The position numbers and the translations under genes are program-made. Below are positions 37,977 through 47,450 of a DNA stretch of 64,000 bases, piece by piece. The notes below the pieces were generated by a model. It did not search any database, had not been told where the DNA came from, and was given only the letters and a program-made list of their open reading frames with translations. Every line of letters starts with the position of its first letter. The stretch's first letter is position 1. The DNA is from an uncultured Gaiellaceae bacterium. GTDB taxonomy: Bacteria; Actinomycetota; Thermoleophilia; Gaiellales; Gaiellaceae. The stretch covers positions 14,774 to 78,773 of the forward strand of contig CAWBKK010000006.1 of NCBI GenBank assembly GCA_963789355.1. Direction: 5' to 3'.

Positions 37977-38353
37977 AGCAGCTCGGCCTCGCGAGCTTCC
38001 ATCTCGTCGCCGTGGTCGTAGCCGAGCAGGTGGAGGAGCCCGTGCACGAGCGGCCGGCGCCACTCCTCGCCGACGACCTGGGGGCAGAGGACGAGGTCGC
38101 CGAGTGCGCGCGGGAGACCCGCCGGCAGCTCCTCGCGGCCGTCGAGCGGGAACGAGAGCACGTCCGTGGGCTCGTCGATCCCGAGGTGCTCCTGCTTCAG
38201 CGCCCGGCTCTCCTCCGGGGGCACGAACGCAAGCCCGAGCTCGCCCTCCTCGATCCCCTCGGCGGCGAGGACGCGCTGCGCCAGCGCGACCGCGGCGGCC
38301 TCGTCCACCTCCGCCCCGCTCCTGTTCTCGACCTCGACCGCGACCACCGGCAC
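37973..38353 (-). CDS. ybeY: rRNA maturation endoribonuclease YbeY
   Basis: About 126 aa. HGLLHLLGYDH zinc motif. GTG overlaps the phoH stop (TAGTG). Confidence 0.9.
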   Translation of the reverse strand: MPVVAVEVENRSGAEVDEAAAVALAQRVLAAEGIEEGELGLAFVPPEESRALKQEHLGIDEPTDVLSFPLDGREELPAGLPRALGDLVLCPQVVGEEWRRPLVHGLLHLLGYDHGDEMEAREAELL

Positions 38354-39313
38354 TACCGCTTGCGGGCGGTGCCCGTCTCTTCGGCGTGGAGCTTGTACGC
38401 CTCGACGATCCGCTGCACGAGCTTGTGCCGGACGACGTCCTCGTGCGAGAACTCGACGAAGCCGATCCCGTCGATCGAGCTGAGGATGTCGCGCACCTGG
38501 ATCAGGCCGGACGCCTGGTCTCGCGGGAGGTCGATCTGCGTCACGTCGCCGGTGACGACGACCTTCGAGCCGAAGCCGAGCCGCGTCAGGAACATCTGCA
38601 TCTGCTCGGGCGAGGTGTTCTGCGCCTCGTCGAGGATGATGAAGGAGTCGTTGAGGGTGCGGCCGCGCATGAAGGCGAGCGGCGCGACCTCGATCGTGCC
38701 GCGCTCCATGTAGGCGGCGAGGCGATCGGGATCCATCATGTCGTAGAGGGCGTCGAAGAGCGGCCGCATGTACGGGTCGACCTTCGCGAGCATGTCGCCG
38801 GGCAGGAAGCCGAGCCGCTCGCCGGCCTCGATCGCCGGGTCGGGTGAGGATGATCCGGCCGACCTGCTTCTCGGTCAGGGCCGCGACGGCGAGCGCGATC
38901 GCGAGGTACGTCTTGCCGGTGCCGGCGGGACCGATGCCGAAGGTGACCGTGCTGTCGCGGATCGAGTCGACATAGCGCTTCTGCGTCACCGTCTTGGGCG
39001 CGATCTTCTTGCCCCGGTGGCGCCAGACGACGTCCTCGAAGACCTCGCGGAGGTCCTCGGCCTGGTCGAGCGCCGCCACCACGGCGCCGACCGTCTCCGG
39101 GCCGATCTCGTGGCCGCCCTCGACCAGCTCGACGAGCTCGTCGACGACCGCGCGCGCAGCGGCGACGCTGTCGTCCTCGCCCTCGATCGTCAGCTCGTTC
39201 CCGCGCAGGCGGAGCGTGCAGCTGAGCCGCGCGCGGAGTGCGTCGAGGACGCCGTCGCCGACGCCTGCGAGCTCGGCGGCGACCTCGTTCGGGACGGAGA
39301 GCGTTTCCTGCAC
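38353..39313 (-). pseudogene. phoH: PhoH-like ATPase, single frame disruption near 38835-38837
   Basis: The N-part (GIGPAGTGKTYLAIALAVAAL...IILTRP) and C-part ([30 protein letters not shown]...ILDEAQNT) lie in different frames. One extra G/C in ACCCGACCCGGCGATCGAG explains the break. Confidence 0.85.
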
Positions 39314-39345
39314 GCGGCTCAGTGTAGGAGCAGAATCCACCCAGG

Positions 39346-42300
39346 TGCGACGGCGAAAGCGGAGTCCCATCCAGGACGGTGATCGAGCTCGGGCAGGAGC
39401 TCGCCTCGACGTACTCGTGGGTCGACGCCGACGAGCTCCCGGTCGACGACGAGTGTTCGCCCGGCTCGTCGAGCTGCTCACCGATCCCGAGAGCATCGAC
39501 GACGAGACGTTCGCGGAGGTCGCGCTGAGGGGCGCGAAGTTCCTTCGTGCCGGGGCCCTGGCCGCAATCGCCGCCGGCCGCACGCCGCCGCCCGGCTGGA
39601 TCGAGACCGTGCGAAGAATCGGTTCGAGCGCAGCGAGTGGGGCGAGCGGCAGCTGCTCCTGCGTGCGCTCGCGGGGAGCGACGGGAAGGTGATTCCGGCC
39701 GTGCTCGCGGCGGCCGAGGAGGACTGGTCCGGCAGCCCGCTCGCGCGCGAGGTCTCCCGCTTCCTCGAGGCGCGTGTCGCAGCCGGGGAGGTCGTGACGG
39801 CGGCCGAGCTGGACGAGCTCGACGCCGGCCTGCAGCCGCTCGTCCGCGAGCTGTTCGACGGGACCGACGTCGCGACGAGGGCCGCGCTTCAGCCCGCACT
39901 CGAGCAGTGGCAGACGACGACGATCGACATCGACTTCTTCCGCGAGCTCGGGCGCGTCGTCGTCCCCGGTCGAGCGGCCCCCGGCGACGCTCGTCGGCGG
40001 CCGGGTCGCGGCGGTCGACGCGCTCGTCGGCGCGCTCTCGGCGTCGCAGGCCGCGGTCGGTCCTGCTCGTCGGCGAGCCGGGAGTCGGCAAGACGACGCT
40101 GATCGTCGAGGCGCTCCGGCGACTCGGCGAGCGATCGGTTCGCGTTCCAGGCGGGCGCGGCCGACGTGAACGCGGGCCAAGCGTTCGTCGGGATGCTCGA
40201 GGCCAGGGTGCAGGAGATCGTCGACCGCGTCTCGCGGCGACCGATCGTCTGGGTGTTCCCGAGCTTCGAGGAGGCGCTCTGGTCCGGGCAGCACATGCAG
40301 AGCCCGCGGGGCGTGCTCGACGCGCTCCTCCCTCACGTCGAGGCCGGCGACGCCGTCGTGGTCGGCGAGATCGACCCGCGGGCCTACGAGCTCGTGCTCC
40401 AGCACCGTCCCCGGGTGGCGAGGCTGTTCGAGGTGGTCCGGCTCGCGCCGCCGGCAGGACGCGAACGCGATCGAGATCGCGCGGGACTGGGCGACGCAGA
40501 ACGACCTGGACGTCGACGACGAAACGCTTGCGGAGGCTCTCGATCTCGCTACGCACTATCTGCCCGCGGCGGCAGCTCCGGGGAACGTCCTGCGCGTGCT
40601 CGAGCTCGTTCGCGACCGCATCGCCCGCGGTGCCGCGACCGACGATCGACCCGGAGACGGTGATCGCCACGCTCAGCGACGCGACCGGGCTGCCGCTCCA
40701 CGTGCTCGACCCGAGGACGCCGCTCAGCCTCGAACGGGTGCGCGCGTACTTCGGCGCCCGCGTGCTCGGGCAGCCGGAGGCGGTCGAGTGCCTCGTCGAC
40801 CGAATCGCACTCGTGAAGGCCGGGTCTCACCGATCCGACCCGCCCGCTCGGCGTCTTCCTCTTCGTCGGCCCGACCGGAACCGGCAAGACGGAGATCGCG
40901 AAGGCCTTCAGCGCCTTCGTCTTCGGCTCGGAAGACCGGCTCGTCCGGCTCGACATGAGCGAGTACCAGACGCCGGAGAGCCTCGACCGCCTCCTCGGCG
41001 ACGCGACCACGCCCCAGCAGCAGGCGGCGCCGTTGATCGCCCAGGTCCGCAAGCAGCCGTTCTCCGTCCTGCTGCTCGACGAGTTCGAGAAGGCGCACCC
41101 GCAGATCTGGGACATCTTCCTCCAGGTCTTCGACGACGGGCGGCTGACCGACCGCGAGCGGGCGCACCGTCGACTTGCGTCACTGCGTGATCATCCTCAC
41201 CTCCAACCTCGGGTCCGCGATCCCGTCGCGGCCCCGGCGTCGGGCTTCGTCGGCAGTTCGGGCGAGTTCGACGCCGCGTCCGTGCTCAAGTCCGTCGAGC
41301 GCTCGTTCCGGCCGGAGTTCCTGAACCGCCTCGACCGTGTCGTCGTCTTCCGCCCGCTCGGCCGCGACGTCATGCGCGGCCTGCTCGAGAAGGAGCTCAA
41401 CGACGTGCTCGAGCGCCGCGGCTTCCGGATGCAGCCCTGGGCGGTCGAGTGGGACGAGGCCGCGGTCGACTTCCTGATCGAGCAGGGCTTCAGCGCCGAG
41501 CTCGGCGCGCGCCCGCTCAAGCGTGCGGTCGAGCGGCACCTGCTGACGCGGATCGCGACCGCGATCGTCGAGCGGCAGTTCCCCGAGGGGGATCAGTTCC
41601 TGTTCATCACCGCCCGCGACGGGACCGGCCTCGACGTCGTCTTCGTCGATCCGGACGCGGGCGAGCCGGAACCCGTCCCGGCGGCCAGGCCCACCTCCCG
41701 GACCGACCTGACCCTCGGGCGGCTCGCGCTCGAACCGGAGGGAACCGAGGCCGAGGCCGCCTTTCTCCGGAGCGCGCTCACACCGCTCGTCGAGCGCGTC
41801 CGCTCCTGGGACGAGCCGAAGCAGGACGCGCTGGCGGCGGCGCGCAACCCGGCCTTCTGGCAGTCGGAGGAGCGGCACCAGGTGCTGGGCCTGATCGAGT
41901 ACCTCGACCGGCTTGGTGCCGCGACGGCCACTGCCGAGCGGCTCGCTGCCCGCCTCTCCTCCGGGCGCGAGGCGCACTCACGTGAGCTGCTCCAGCTGCT
42001 GGCGACCCGCCTCCACGTGCTCGCCGCTGCTCTCGCCGGCCTCGACGCGCGCGAGGCGAGCGACGCGACGATCACGGTCCGGGCGGGCAAGGCAGAGGAC
42101 ACGGACGCCTGCGGGAGGTTCGTGGAGGAGCTCGCGACCATGTACATCGGCTGGGCGGACGGCCGGGGGATGCGCGTCCGCAGGAACGCCGACGACGGCG
42201 CGGTCGTGCTCGAGGTCGCGGGGCTCGGCGCCTACACGCTGCTGAAGCCGGAGGTCGGGATGCACGTGCTCGAGCTGCCGCACGCGGACGATCGCTCCTT

Positions 42301-42511
42301 CGACCGCGTCACCGTGGTCGTCGACGTCGAGCCGACCGGGCACGGCGGGAACGGGTCGCCGCCGGCCGAGCGGCGGGAACCGGCGATCGTGAGGCGGTAC
42401 CGGCACGAGCCGTCTCCCCTCGTTCGCGACGCCTCCGGGCTGCGCACCGGCAGGATCGACCGCGTCCTGGCGGGCGACTTCGACCTGCTCGCCGACGCGC
42501 CGCCCGACTAG
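39346..42511 (+). pseudogene. Clp/Hsp100-like double AAA+ ATPase fused to a GGQ-less RF2-like domain; about ten frame changes between 39450 and 41240
   Basis: Stitched from ORFs 38994-39692, 39689-40102, 39547-41190, 40166-40663, 40596-40958 and 40955-42511. Motifs: [77 protein letters not shown]. The C-terminal 250 aa are release-factor-like. Start is GTG 39346 or 39379. Confidence 0.7.
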
Positions 42512-42514
42512 CGG

Positions 42515-42958
42515 CTAGGCGAGCTTCTCGCGGACGATCTGGCTCACGGCCGAGCCGTCCGCGCGGCCTGCGACCTGCGGCATCACGTCCGCCATCACCC
42601 GGCCGATGTCGCGCATGCTCGTGGCCCCGACCTCGGCGATCACGTCGTCGACGATCGCCTCGAGGTCGTCCTCGGAGATCGGCTCGGGCATGAACTCCTC
42701 GAGCACGTCGAGCTCGTCCTCTTCCTTGTCGGCCTGCTCCTCGCGGCCGGCGTTGCGGAAGGCCTCGGCCGCCTCGAGCCGCTTCTTCCGCTCGCGCTGG
42801 AGCACCTGCAGCTCCTCGTCCTCGTGGAGCGGCCGCTGCAGCTCCTTCTCTGCGCCCTGGAGGCTGGAGAGGATCAGGCGCAGCGCGTCGCGGCGCGCGG
42901 TGTCCCCCTCGCGCATCGCGTCCTCGAGGTGCTTCTTGATCTCGGCAATGAGCGTCAT
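42515..42958 (-). CDS. yqeY: GatB/YqeY-domain protein
   Basis: 147 aa. Typical YqeY layout: IKKHLEDAMREGD, LRLILSSLQ, and a C-terminal MRDIGRVMADVMPQVAGRADG block. Confidence 0.85.
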   Translation of the reverse strand: MTLIAEIKKHLEDAMREGDTARRDALRLILSSLQGAEKELQRPLHEDEELQVLQRERKKRLEAAEAFRNAGREEQADKEEDELDVLEEFMPEPISEDDLEAIVDDVIAEVGATSMRDIGRVMADVMPQVAGRADGSAVSQIVREKLA

Positions 42959-43302
42959 CCGGGCATCACTGTGGCATCGGCACGGTGGATCTTCCCACCC
43001 AGGACGTGCCAGTGCAGGTGGAAGATGGTCTGGCCGCCGCCCGGGCCGACGTTGACGACGACGCGGTAGTCGGTCAGGCCGGCGTCCCGCGCCACCTCGG
43101 CGACGAACTCGAGCATCCGCTTCGCCTCGTCGGGCGGGAACGCGGAGACGTCGCGGAAGGTGTCGACGTGGCGCTCGGGGAGCACGAGCAGGTGCGTCTC
43201 GGCCTGCGGGTTGATGTCGCGGATCGCGACGAAGCCGTCGGTCTTGGCGACGTGGTCGCCCTCGCGGGCGAGCTTGCAGAAGAGGCAGTCGTCACGCGAC
43301 AT
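42955..43302 (-). CDS. HIT-family (histidine triad) protein
   Basis: Start MSRDDCLFCKL at 43302. Histidine triad HLHWHVLGG. Confidence 0.9.
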   Translation of the reverse strand: MSRDDCLFCKLAREGDHVAKTDGFVAIRDINPQAETHLLVLPERHVDTFRDVSAFPPDEAKRMLEFVAEVARDAGLTDYRVVVNVGPGGGQTIFHLHWHVLGGKIHRADATVMPG

Positions 43303-44488
43303 CCGCGAGCACCCCTTCCTCTGTGACGGCGCGCCCGCGGACGCGCACGAGCTCGCCCACCGGCGCCTCGACGAGCCAGGGGGAGTAGTCGGCGCCGTAG
43401 CCGCGGCCGGGGCGGTCGACGAGGACGACGTCATCGCGACCGATCTTCGCCGCCCAGCGGGCGCGGCAGGCCTCGTCGGAGAGCGCCCGCAGCCGGGCGC
43501 TCCGCTCCTTCTTCACCTCGGGCGGGACGGTGTCGTCGTCCGCCGTGCGCGTGCCCGGCCTGGGCGAATAGGGGAAGACGTGCACCTTCGTCAGCCGAGC
43601 GATCCGCACCGTCTCGAGCGTGCGTTCGAAGGCGGCGTCGTCCTCGGCCGGGAAGCCGACGATCACGTCGGCCGTGAGGTTGAAGCCGGCGAGCGGCTCG
43701 AGCTTGCGCAGGTAGGTCTCGACCGAGTAGCGGCGCGCCATCGCTCGGAGGACGCCGTCGTCGCCGGACTGGAGCGGCACGTGCAGGTGCGGGCCGACGA
43801 CCGGCGTCTCGAGCAGCGCGGCGACGAGCTCGTCGTCGACGTGATTGATCTCGATCGAGGAGAGTCGCAGCCGCTCGACGCCGTCGACCGCTCCGGCGGC
43901 GCGGATCAGCCCGGCGAGCGTCATGCCCGCGGCGCGGTCGCGGAAGCAGCCGAGGTTGACGCCGGTGAGGACGATCTCGCGGTGGCCCTGGGCGACGCGG
44001 CGGCGGATCTCGGTCAGGACCGCGTCGGCGCCGCGGCTCCGGGTGGCGCCGCGGACGAGCGGGATCACGCAGAACGCGCACGAGAACGAGCAGCCGTCCT
44101 GGATCTTCACGAACGCGCGGATGCGGTCGAGCCGCGCGTCGGCCTGGACGCAGCCGATCGCGCCGACGTCGCCGGCGACCGTCTCCACAGCCTCGTCGAT
44201 CTGGCCCGCGACGACGGTGACGTTCGCGGGCAACCCGGCGAACGCGGTCTCGGAGAGCCTGGCGCCGCAGCCGGTGACGTAGACGTGCCCGTGGGAGCGG
44301 GCTGCCCGGGCGGCCGCCCGGCGGGACTTCGCGAGGCCCTCGTTCGTGACGCAGCAGGTGTTGACGACCGCGACGTCGCCGCTGCAGGCGACTTCGTTGT
44401 GCCCGTCGCGAACGAGCCGCTCGCGCAGCGTCTGCGCGTCGGTCTGGGACACCTTGCAGCCGAGGAAGCGGACGGAGAAGCTCGCCAT
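43292..44488 (-). CDS. mtaB: tRNA methylthiotransferase, MiaB-like (MtaB)
   Basis: 398 aa. N-terminal Cys triad (GCKVSQ, NTCCVT, TGCG) and radical-SAM CSFSCAFC. Confidence 0.85.
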   Translation of the reverse strand: MASFSVRFLGCKVSQTDAQTLRERLVRDGHNEVACSGDVAVVNTCCVTNEGLAKSRRAAARAARSHGHVYVTGCGARLSETAFAGLPANVTVVAGQIDEAVETVAGDVGAIGCVQADARLDRIRAFVKIQDGCSFSCAFCVIPLVRGATRSRGADAVLTEIRRRVAQGHREIVLTGVNLGCFRDRAAGMTLAGLIRAAGAVDGVERLRLSSIEINHVDDELVAALLETPVVGPHLHVPLQSGDDGVLRAMARRYSVETYLRKLEPLAGFNLTADVIVGFPAEDDAAFERTLETVRIARLTKVHVFPYSPRPGTRTADDDTVPPEVKKERSARLRALSDEACRARWAAKIGRDDVVLVDRPGRGYGADYSPWLVEAPVGELVRVRGRAVTEEGVLADVA

Positions 44489-44500
44489 GAGGGCGAAAGG

Positions 44501-45259
44501 CTACTGACGCACGTGCAGGTCCGCAGCCCAGCCGCCCGACTGGACGCGGCGGTCGAGTCGATACCCCTCGAGCTCGGGCTCGTCCGAGACGAGATAGCCG
44601 GACGTGATCGCGCGGCCGGCGCGGAGCCTCGGCCCGAGCGCGACGACCGCCTCGGCGGCGATGTTCGCGAGTGCCAGCCGGGCGTCGGGCAGATCGTCCT
44701 CGCGCAGATCGGCCTGGGCCACCTCGACCATGACGCCGTTGTCGGCGGCGTTCCGCTCGGTCGCCTCGACGGCCTGCGGGTCGAAGTCGAACGCTCGCAC
44801 GGGCGCGAAGCCGAGCTTGGCCGCGGCGATCGAGAGCACGCCGGACCCGCAGCCGATGTCGAGGACGCTGCCCCGCGGCTCGCGCTCCAGCAGCTCGAGG
44901 CAGAGCTGCGTCGTCGGATGCCCGCCCGTGCCGAAGGCGCGGCCCGGGTCGATCACGACCGCGATCGCGCCCGGGTCGGGCGTCTCCCACGGCGGCCCGA
45001 TCCAGAGCGAGCCGACGCGGACCGGCTTGTGGAACTGGCGCCAGCGGTCCTGCCAGTCCTCCTCGACGTCGGACGACGCGGCGCCGCCGAACGCCTGCCA
45101 GATCCGCTCCTCCCCGGCCGCGTTCGTGTACGCCGCCAGCTCGATCGACCCATCGCCGCCGAGCTCCGCGAAAGCCGTCTCTTCGAAACCCTCGGGGAAG
45201 AGCTCCAGCATGACGGCGCGCGCCTCCTCCGCCCGGGCATCGGGGACGGTGATCGACAC
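44501..45259 (-). CDS. prmA: Ribosomal protein L11 methyltransferase
   Basis: GTG 45259 (VSITVPDARAEEA). PGRAFGTGGHPTT, DIGCGSGVLSIAA. The longer listed ORF overlaps dnaJ. Confidence 0.8.
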   Translation of the reverse strand: MSITVPDARAEEARAVMLELFPEGFEETAFAELGGDGSIELAAYTNAAGEERIWQAFGGAASSDVEEDWQDRWRQFHKPVRVGSLWIGPPWETPDPGAIAVVIDPGRAFGTGGHPTTQLCLELLEREPRGSVLDIGCGSGVLSIAAAKLGFAPVRAFDFDPQAVEATERNAADNGVMVEVAQADLREDDLPDARLALANIAAEAVVALGPRLRAGRAITSGYLVSDEPELEGYRLDRRVQSGGWAADLHVRQ

Positions 45260-45273
45260 GCGCCGGAGCAGCG

Positions 45274-46389
45274 TCAGCGGATCGCGTTCCTGAGCTTCTC
45301 GAAGAAGCCCTCGTCGCGCCGGTACGTGTCCTCGCCGGACAGCTCCTCGAAGCGCTCCAGGAGGTCGCGCTGCTCGTCGGTCAGTCGCCGCGGAACGCTG
45401 ACGTTGACGAGGACGCGATGGTCGCCGCGGCCGGAGCGCTCCAGTGACGGCATCCCCTTGCCGCGGAGGACGCGCACCGCGCCGGGCTGGGTGCCGGGCT
45501 CGAACTCGAGCTGGATCTCGCCCTCGAGCGTCGGGACGGACAGCTGTGCGCCGCGGGCGGCCTGGACGATCGTCAGGTCGACCTCGGAGAGGATGTCGTC
45601 GCCGTCCCGTTCGAAGCGCTGGTCGCGCGCAACGCGGACCTCGACGTAGGCGTCGCCGGGCGGGCCGCCGTTCGCGCCCGAGTGGCCGGCGCCGCGGATC
45701 CGGATCCGCTGGCCATCGTGGATCCCGGCTGGGATCTCGACCTCGAGCTCCTTCGTCTCGATCGTGCGGCCGTTGCCGTCGCAGGCGCTGCAGGGCGTCT
45801 CGACCACCGTGCCGGCGCCCAGGCAGGTCGGACACGGTTGGGTGCGAACGAACTCGCCGAAGACGCTGCGCGAGACCTGCTGCAGCTGGCCCCGGCCGGC
45901 GCACGTCTGGCAGGTGACGCGCTCCGTTCCGGGCTCGGCGCCTTCGCCGTCGCAGACCTCGCAGGTGGCGGCGACCTCGATCTCGACGGTCCGCTCGACC
46001 CCGGTGAAGGCATCGGCGAGCTCGATCGCGATCGCGGCGCCGACATCGCCGCCGCGCGCCCGTCCGCCGCGGTTGCGCCCGAAGAGATCGTCGCCGAAGA
46101 AGGCCGAGAAGATGTCGCTCAGGTTCGAGAAGGCGAAGTCGCTCGGTGCGTAGCCGCCGCGCTTCAGGCCGGCGTGTCCGTACTGGTCGTAGAGCTTGCG
46201 GCGCTCGGCGTCAGAGAGCACCTCGTACGCCTGGGCGACCGCGCGAAAGCGCTCCTGCGCGTCGGCTTCCCCGTTCACATCGGGGTGCAGCTCGCGGGCG
46301 AGCTTGCGAAACGCCTTCTTGATCTCGGCGTCGGTCGCTGTGCGCTCGACGCCGAGCAGCTCGTAGTAGTCACGTTCCGCCGTGGCCAT
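45274..46389 (-). CDS. dnaJ: Molecular chaperone DnaJ
   Basis: Start MATAERDYYELLGV. HPD motif. Four CxxCxGxG zinc-finger repeats. Confidence 0.95.
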   Translation of the reverse strand: MATAERDYYELLGVERTATDAEIKKAFRKLARELHPDVNGEADAQERFRAVAQAYEVLSDAERRKLYDQYGHAGLKRGGYAPSDFAFSNLSDIFSAFFGDDLFGRNRGGRARGGDVGAAIAIELADAFTGVERTVEIEVAATCEVCDGEGAEPGTERVTCQTCAGRGQLQQVSRSVFGEFVRTQPCPTCLGAGTVVETPCSACDGNGRTIETKELEVEIPAGIHDGQRIRIRGAGHSGANGGPPGDAYVEVRVARDQRFERDGDDILSEVDLTIVQAARGAQLSVPTLEGEIQLEFEPGTQPGAVRVLRGKGMPSLERSGRGDHRVLVNVSVPRRLTDEQRDLLERFEELSGEDTYRRDEGFFEKLRNAIR

Positions 46390-46411
46390 GCGCCGAAGCG
46401 TAGCGGGGCGG

Positions 46412-47437
46412 TCAGTCCTCCTCGTACGCCGTCTCGACGAGGCGCGAGAGCTCGAAGGCGGCGGCGCGAACGGTCCGGACGGCCTTGTCGTAATCCATTC
46501 GGACCGGGCCGAGGAGGCCGATCGAGCCGAGCGTCCGGGTCGGCAGCCCGTAGGTGACACCGACGAGGGAGACGTCGTGCAGGCCCGGGTGGTCGAGCCC
46601 AACGCGGACGTACGGGCGGCGGACGTCGAACGACTCCGTCATCAGCTCGAGCACCGCGGCGCGCTTCTCGAGCACCGAGAGCAGGCGGCGGCAGGCCTCG
46701 AGCTCGTCGGCGCGGACGTCATCGAGCAGTGAGGCGGCGCCGCCGACGTAGAGCGTCTGGGCCGTGGGGGCGGCGAGGTCGATCAACGCCGGGCGCAGCG
46801 CGTCGATGAACGCTCGCTCGCGCGCCGGAAGTCCCGGGTCGTCGATCCGCTTCCGCAGGACGTGCGTGCCGATCCCGACCCCGACGAGCCGCTCGTTCAG
46901 GTACTCGTTCGCCCAGGCCGCGAGGCCCTGGTCGACAGCGCGGTCGAAGGTGATCAGCTTCTTGGCGACGCCGCCGCTGGAGGTGATCGTCACGACCATC
47001 ACCACCGACGGCTGCAGCAGCAGCACCTCGACGTGGCGGACCGACGCGGTCTCGAGCCCCGGGGCGGACACGAGCGCGAGCAGGTGCGTCACCTGGCTCA
47101 GCATCTCGGTGGTCGACTGGAGCGCGTCCTCGACCTCGCTGCGCATGGACGTCAGGTCGAGCGGGAAGCGCGGCGGCCTCGTCTCCTGGCGCTCGAGGAC
47201 GCCCTCGGCGTAGAAGCGGTAGCCCGCGTCGGTCGGGATCCGGCCGGCCGAAGTGTGCGGGTGGGTGAGTAGGCCGAGCGACTCGAGCTCGGCGAGCTCG
47301 TTGCGCACCGTGCTCGAGGAGACGGGCAGGCCGGAGCGCTCGACGAGGGTCTTCGAGCCGACGGGCTCGCCGGTGGCGACGTACTCCTCCACCAGGCGGC
47401 GGAGGAGGTCTCGCTTGCGCTCACTGATCTCGCTCAT
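46412..47437 (-). CDS. hrcA: Heat-inducible transcription repressor HrcA
   Basis: Start MSEISERKRDLL at 47437. GEPVGSKTL, STVRNELAELE. Confidence 0.9.
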   Translation of the reverse strand: MSEISERKRDLLRRLVEEYVATGEPVGSKTLVERSGLPVSSSTVRNELAELESLGLLTHPHTSAGRIPTDAGYRFYAEGVLERQETRPPRFPLDLTSMRSEVEDALQSTTEMLSQVTHLLALVSAPGLETASVRHVEVLLLQPSVVMVVTITSSGGVAKKLITFDRAVDQGLAAWANEYLNERLVGVGIGTHVLRKRIDDPGLPARERAFIDALRPALIDLAAPTAQTLYVGGAASLLDDVRADELEACRRLLSVLEKRAAVLELMTESFDVRRPYVRVGLDHPGLHDVSLVGVTYGLPTRTLGSIGLLGPVRMDYDKAVRTVRAAAFELSRLVETAYEED

Positions 47438-47450
47438 TTGCAGGGAAATT

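Noticed and set aside
39313-39380. Overlap of candidate starts of the divergent phoH (39313 or 39340) and AAA+/RF-like gene (39346 or 39379)
   Set aside because: This is not treated as a real overlap. Neither start has a clear RBS, and the shorter alternatives leave a 65-bp divergent gap. It cannot be resolved from sequence alone.
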